From a candidate division WOR-3 bacterium (lineage in GTDB: Bacteria; Hydrothermota; Tepidihabitantia; B3-TA06), in NCBI GenBank assembly GCA_965649265.1, contig CBFGKC010000010.1, positions 32,001 through 96,000 on the forward strand: a DNA stretch of 64,000 bases, read 5' to 3'. The position numbers were made by a program, and so were the translations under genes. This document shows, in pieces, positions 59,046-64,000 of the stretch; within the stretch, counting starts at the first letter, position 1, and each line of letters starts with the position of its first letter. Under the pieces are notes generated by a model, which was given only the letters and a program-made list of their open reading frames with translations, did not search any database and was not told where the DNA came from.

Positions 59046-62000
59046 GTGGCTGCCCCATGGACGCAAAGAAAAGAGTCAAAACCTAAAGGGACGAATAAAA
59101 GGGTACTCGAGCACAAGGCAGCCCAAAAGCCGCACACGCCAAAGAACTCCACGAAAAGCAAATCCACAAAAACAGGGGGAAACCCGAGCAAGGCCGGATT
59201 AAAATTCGAGAGCCTGCTTGAAATCATAGCTTCGGGAGGCGATTATCAGCGATTCGAATTGACCGCTCTTGCCGAAAACGAAAACTCGATAAAAAGAATA
59301 TTGGAGGCCTTCCGCAGGCGCGAAACGAGGATCAAGGAAGAAGAAGAATCCAGAACAAGCAGGCTTGAAGACCTTAAAAGAAATTCCGAGCTTCTTTGCG
59401 AGCTTTGCGGGCACATCAACAACACTGTCTCATTAAAGATTCTCATTGAGCGCTTTGCGAGAACTATATCCAGGAATCCTTATATTAACGCCGGGGTTTT
59501 ATACCTTTTAAATTCTGACGGTGATTCCTTCAGCCCGGAGCAAACGTTCGGCAAACAAAAAAAGGCCCTCAAGAACCAGATTCCGCTTTCTGCCACTGAC
59601 AAAACCGCAAGGAAGATTTTATCTCAGGACGATTTTGTGAAAACCAACCTCCTGGCCGGACCGGAAACCTGGGCGAAGAATTCATATAAGGAAATTGCCC
59701 TGCCCTTGAAAACGACGGAAGCAAAACTCGGGATTCTAGTGGCAATAATCAATGAAGGTGACGAAAATACAATTGCCTTCCTCAAATCGGCCTCGAGCGA
59801 ATTGGCTGTAGGGATAAAAAGAAAAAAGATCGACGAGGGGTTAAAGCTGAACCACGAGGAGCTTATAAAAAGGGAAGCCCTTTACAGCACGCTTGTGAAC
59901 ACGACAGAGGAAGCGATTATACTTTCTGACGCAAAGGAAAAAATCCTGTACGCGAACCCTGCGGCATCAAGACTTTTAGGCTATTCCAAGGAAGAGTTGG
60001 AATCGCTTTATTCCTACGACCTCATTACCAAAGGCGAAAGGGAAGTGCTGAAAACAGAAAACACCCTGCGTGTTAAAGGTAAGGCGTCCCGTTACGAGTT
60101 GATATTAAGAAATAAGAATGGAAACCCGCGCAATATGCTCATCACGGCGTCGCCGGTGTTCGATTCCAAAGGGGAATTCTACGCCTCGCTTGCGGCAATA
60201 ACCGACATCACCGACATCAAACAAGCCCAGGCAAAACTCAAGGAGAGCGAAGAGAAACGGCGCATTCTCATGGACAGCATCCGTTCGCCGGTGCTGGCGC
60301 TTAAAGAAGACATGACAATCCTTTACTGTAACGAGTCTTTCCTGGAATTTTCAGCTAAAAGCCTCGAGGATCTTGAAGGAAAGAGTCTATTGAAAGTCTT
60401 CCCCCAGTTCAAGCGAACCGGATTTTACCCGGTCATCAAGGATGTTTTAAAAACAGGCAAAACACGTGAATCAGACGGTCAGTTAAACGATCGTTACCTT
60501 CATGCTCGCGTGTACAGAACTCCATGGGGAATCGTATCCATCGTAGAAGATATAACGGAAAAGAAATTGAAGGACGAAGCCTTGAGGGAAAGAGAAGAGC
60601 TTTACAGAACGCTGGTTGATACGGCTCGCGAAGGAATCATCCTCACCGATCTCGAAGAAAAGATGCTCTATGTGAATCCGATGGCCGCCGAGATGATCGG
60701 GCACGCACCTTCGGATCTCATCGGCCGTTCAGTACTCGATTTTATTACGCAGGATCAAAGGAAAACCATTGTCGAACAGACTAACAGGAGAACAAAGGGC
60801 GAGACCTCCCGCTACGAGACGACATTGATAAACAAGGGGGGCCCTCCCCGCAAGGTTCTCATCACCGGCGCCCCGATCATGGACTCTGATAAGAAAGTCT
60901 CTTCGACCATGGCCATAATCACCGATATCACTGAGATTTCGGCCATTAATGAAATCACCCAGGCGATAATTTCAACCTTCGACGTAAAGCAAATCTACGG
61001 AGTAATTCACGATCAAATGAGGCGCCTCATTAACGCCAACAATTTCTACATCGCCCTTTACGACGAGGAAACCGACGAGATCAGCTTTCCTTATGCGTTT
61101 CAGGACGGGGCACTGCAGAACTGGGCACCTCGGCGGGGCGGCAAGGGAATGACCGAATACGTAATCCATACTGCCCAGCCTCAACTCTTTAAAGGCACGA
61201 CCGAAAATGAAGCATCCAAGAGAGGGATCGAACATATAGGCAAATCGTCACTCTCCTGGCTTGGAGTCCCGATGGTCGTTCACGGCCATGTTGTAGGAGT
61301 GATGACTGTTCAGTCGTTTGATCCGAAAGTAGTATACACGGAAAAACACACAAGCCTCATGCAGACCGTCGCCGCGCATGCCGCCCAGGCCGTGGAAAAT
61401 GCACGCGCATACTCCGAACTCGAACGCAAACTGACGGAACTCTCCGTTTTCAACGAAATAGGCCGCGCACTCGCATCCACGCTTCAGTTAGACGAACTGA
61501 TGGATGTACTTTTCAAGCAAGCATCAAGGATCATGGACACCGAAAGCTTCTATATGGCTCTTTACGACGAAAAGACGAATATAGTGGAATTCCCGATCTT
61601 TATCGTCGACAGGGGAAAGCACATAAAAGTGCAGCCAAAGAAGTTCGGCAACGGTTTGACGGAATACGTGATAACCACGAGACAACCCTTGTTCATAAAA
61701 GAAGACGTCGTCGAGAACTCGAAAAAGCTGGGAATTGACATGTATGTCATTGAAAAGGACATGCCCCAGTGCTGGCTGGGTGTGCCCATGATCTCCCACA
61801 ACAAGATCCTCGGCGTCATGGCCGTTCAAAGCACAAAAAGGGCAAACGCTTATGACGAAAACAACAAGCGCTTGCTTGAAGCAATAGCGAATCAGGCGGC
61901 AGGGGCCGTTGCCAACGCCCAGGCCTATTCGGAACTCGAGAACAAACTGACGGAGCTTTCCGTTTTCAAGGAAATCGGTCAGGCTCTCGGATCAACGCTG

Positions 62001-64000
62001 CGCCTTAACGAATTGCTTGAAGTCATCTATGCGCAGGTAACGCGCATCATGGAGAGCGACAGTTTTTATATATCCCTCTACGACGAGGGAGAAAACACCC
62101 TGAGGTTCCCCTTTTACATGGTTGAAGGAAAAAGAAAGGAAATAGCACCTCGTCCTTTCGGTAAAGGGCTGACCGAATACGTGATGGAGCTGCGTAAACC
62201 CGTCATATTCGGCGAAAACATGACCTCGAAAGAAGCCGAATTGGGAATCGCCGCAGTCAAGCACGGCAGGGACGACAACCCGCTATCCTGGTTCGGAGTG
62301 CCGATGATTTCTCACGATAAAGTCATCGGAGTTATCGGCATGCAGAGCAAAAAGCCGAACATCTACACCGAAGATCACAAGCGGATTTTGACGTCTATCG
62401 CAAACCAGGCCGCTCAAGCCGTCGAGAATGCCAGGGCTTATCTGGAGCTTGAAAATCGCCTCACGGAGCGTTCGGTGATGAATGAAATTTCAAGGGCCGT
62501 CGGCTCCACTCTCAAGTTCGATGAGCTTATAGAAGTTCTCTACAAACAGATTCGCCGGATTATGCAAACAGACAGCTTCTTCCTCGCTCTCCACAATTCC
62601 GGGAACCAGACTATAGAATTTCCATTCTTCATCGAAAAGGGGATGCCCCTTGATGTTCCCTCAAGACCTTTTGGAAGTGGTTTGACCGAGTACGTTATAA
62701 AAACGGGGACCCCCCTTCTTCTCAGAAAGGAAAATTTCGACGCCGAATGCAAACGCCTTGGAATCAAGATGGTTCTTCACGGAAACCCGCCGCTTTCCTG
62801 GCTGGGTGTTCCCATGATCTCGCAAAACAAGGTCCTGGGGGTATTGGCCGTCCAGAGCGTCGATAACGAATACTCGTATGACGAAAATCATAAACATTTG
62901 CTCTCTTCGATAGCCAATCAGGCCGCGGGTGCCGTGGACAACGCCAAAACTTATGAGGCTCTTGAGCACAGATTGACCGAGTTATCGGCTCTCAACGAAA
63001 TCGGAAGGGCGCTGGGGTCCACCCTTAATATAGATAAGCTTATGAACGTGATCCACACTCAAACGAGCCGCATCATGGACAGTCAAAATCTATTCATCGC
63101 GCTTTATGATGAAACCTCGAAAGTTATCGAATTCCCGTTCTTCATGGAAAACGGGCAAAAAATCAGAATGCCCTCAAGAAAACTCGGCGACGGGCTTACC
63201 GATTACGTGATCAAGACAAGCAATTCCCTGCTCATTAATGAAGACGTGGTCGAAGAAACGAAGAATATGGGAATTGATATGATTGTTAAGGGAAAGTCAC
63301 CAAAGTGCTGGCTGGGTGTTCCCATGATATCGCAAGACAGAGTAACAGGCGTCATGTCGGTTCAGAATACGGACAAAGCGAGGATGTACGATGAAAACCA
63401 CAAGCGCTTACTCGAATCCATAGCCAATCTGGCGGCAGGCGCGGTGGCAAATGCAAAGGCTTACGCGACTCTCGAAAGAAACCTGACGGAACTTTCCGTG
63501 TTCAACGAAATCGGGAGAACCCTGGCTTCGACCATACAACTCGACGAGCTTCTTAAAGTCACTTATACACAGATAACGAGAATCATGGAAGGTGAAGCGT
63601 TTTACATTGCTCTCTACGACGAGAACACCGGCATGATTGAGTTTCCTATATGGATCGAGAACGGGGAATTCAGAAAAGTCCCCCCGCGTAAATTCGGCAA
63701 AGGGATGACCGAGTACGTCATAAGCAATCGCAGGTCTTTACTGTTCGGCGAAAACATGGAAGAGGAGGAGAAGAATCTGGGAATCGAAAGCTACAAATTC
63801 GGAGATCAATCTTACTCCTGGCTCGGCGCACCCATGATCTCGCAGGACAAGGTCCTCGGGATAATTGCAATTCAAAGCACCAAGAAATCTATTTACGACG
63901 AGGGGCATAAAAGACTGCTCGAGTCTATCGCCAACCAGGCAGCGGGCGCAGTTGCCAACGCAAGGGCATATGCCATGGTAGAACGCAGGGGTGATGAGCT
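59046..64000 (+). CDS. Giant PAS/GAF signalling protein, partial (over 1650 aa, runs off the right edge)
   Basis: Missing from the ORF track because it has no stop in the window. Manual reading from GTG 59046 gives a degenerate GAF, three PAS (YANPAA, YCNESF, YVNPMA) and six tandem GAF units; start uncertain. Confidence 0.9.
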   Translation, partial: MAAPWTQRKESKPKGTNKRVLEHKAAQKPHTPKNSTKSKSTKTGGNPSKAGLKFESLLEIIASGGDYQRFELTALAENENSIKRILEAFRRRETRIKEEEESRTSRLEDLKRNSELLCELCGHINNTVSLKILIERFARTISRNPYINAGVLYLLNSDGDSFSPEQTFGKQKKALKNQIPLSATDKTARKILSQDDFVKTNLLAGPETWAKNSYKEIALPLKTTEAKLGILVAIINEGDENTIAFLKSASSELAVGIKRKKIDEGLKLNHEELIKREALYSTLVNTTEEAIILSDAKEKILYANPAASRLLGYSKEELESLYSYDLITKGEREVLKTENTLRVKGKASRYELILRNKNGNPRNMLITASPVFDSKGEFYASLAAITDITDIKQAQAKLKESEEKRRILMDSIRSPVLALKEDMTILYCNESFLEFSAKSLEDLEGKSLLKVFPQFKRTGFYPVIKDVLKTGKTRESDGQLNDRYLHARVYRTPWGIVSIVEDITEKKLKDEALREREELYRTLVDTAREGIILTDLEEKMLYVNPMAAEMIGHAPSDLIGRSVLDFITQDQRKTIVEQTNRRTKGETSRYETTLINKGGPPRKVLITGAPIMDSDKKVSSTMAIITDITEISAINEITQAIISTFDVKQIYGVIHDQMRRLINANNFYIALYDEETDEISFPYAFQDGALQNWAPRRGGKGMTEYVIHTAQPQLFKGTTENEASKRGIEHIGKSSLSWLGVPMVVHGHVVGVMTVQSFDPKVVYTEKHTSLMQTVAAHAAQAVENARAYSELERKLTELSVFNEIGRALASTLQLDELMDVLFKQASRIMDTESFYMALYDEKTNIVEFPIFIVDRGKHIKVQPKKFGNGLTEYVITTRQPLFIKEDVVENSKKLGIDMYVIEKDMPQCWLGVPMISHNKILGVMAVQSTKRANAYDENNKRLLEAIANQAAGAVANAQAYSELENKLTELSVFKEIGQALGSTLRLNELLEVIYAQVTRIMESDSFYISLYDEGENTLRFPFYMVEGKRKEIAPRPFGKGLTEYVMELRKPVIFGENMTSKEAELGIAAVKHGRDDNPLSWFGVPMISHDKVIGVIGMQSKKPNIYTEDHKRILTSIANQAAQAVENARAYLELENRLTERSVMNEISRAVGSTLKFDELIEVLYKQIRRIMQTDSFFLALHNSGNQTIEFPFFIEKGMPLDVPSRPFGSGLTEYVIKTGTPLLLRKENFDAECKRLGIKMVLHGNPPLSWLGVPMISQNKVLGVLAVQSVDNEYSYDENHKHLLSSIANQAAGAVDNAKTYEALEHRLTELSALNEIGRALGSTLNIDKLMNVIHTQTSRIMDSQNLFIALYDETSKVIEFPFFMENGQKIRMPSRKLGDGLTDYVIKTSNSLLINEDVVEETKNMGIDMIVKGKSPKCWLGVPMISQDRVTGVMSVQNTDKARMYDENHKRLLESIANLAAGAVANAKAYATLERNLTELSVFNEIGRTLASTIQLDELLKVTYTQITRIMEGEAFYIALYDENTGMIEFPIWIENGEFRKVPPRKFGKGMTEYVISNRRSLLFGENMEEEEKNLGIESYKFGDQSYSWLGAPMISQDKVLGIIAIQSTKKSIYDEGHKRLLESIANQAAGAVANARAYAMVERRGDE

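Noticed and set aside
59057-59086. ATG start for the giant GAF protein
   Set aside because: That frame stops after nine codons (MDAKKRVKT); the long frame is the one opened by GTG 59046.
1-64000. tRNA, rRNA, prophage or IS transposase genes
   Set aside because: None was recognisable by eye; tRNAscan, Rfam and ISEScan would be needed to exclude divergent cases.

Overview
A 64-kb stretch of bacterial chromosome from a diderm. Many secreted proteins carry T9SS/FlgD-type C-terminal sorting domains and there is a PorU-like C25 sortase, which suggests the FCB superphylum, possibly WOR-3/TA06 (inference). Most of the window is housekeeping genes (fsa/tal, truA, pgeF, recJ, nadC, uvrB, glmS, metG, rpmE, prfB with its +1 frameshift, aspS, rpmA), a polysaccharide cluster, an Omp85-lipoprotein-GT2-PorU cluster, and a signalling locus (GAF histidine kinase, receiver, and a giant PAS-GAF protein) that runs off the right end. 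I saw no rRNA, tRNA, CRISPR array, integrase or transposase. The most interesting signals are non-coding or accessory: (1) a modular family of intergenic DNA hairpins with compensatory base changes, C-GNA-G triloops and a shared terminus (CCCGTAACAC); inverted copies bracket a 2.3-kb cargo segment between prfB and aspS; (2) two small AT-rich toxin-antitoxin/defence-like islands (DUF6932-like nucleotidyltransferase plus partner; DUF6941-like, unknown protein and HEPN); (3) 11-bp-period repeat arrays at two loci; (4) a strong bias to 16-bp promoter spacers and frequent leaderless genes; (5) a hicBA pair translationally coupled to uvrB. All family assignments come from recognising motifs by eye, not from database searches.
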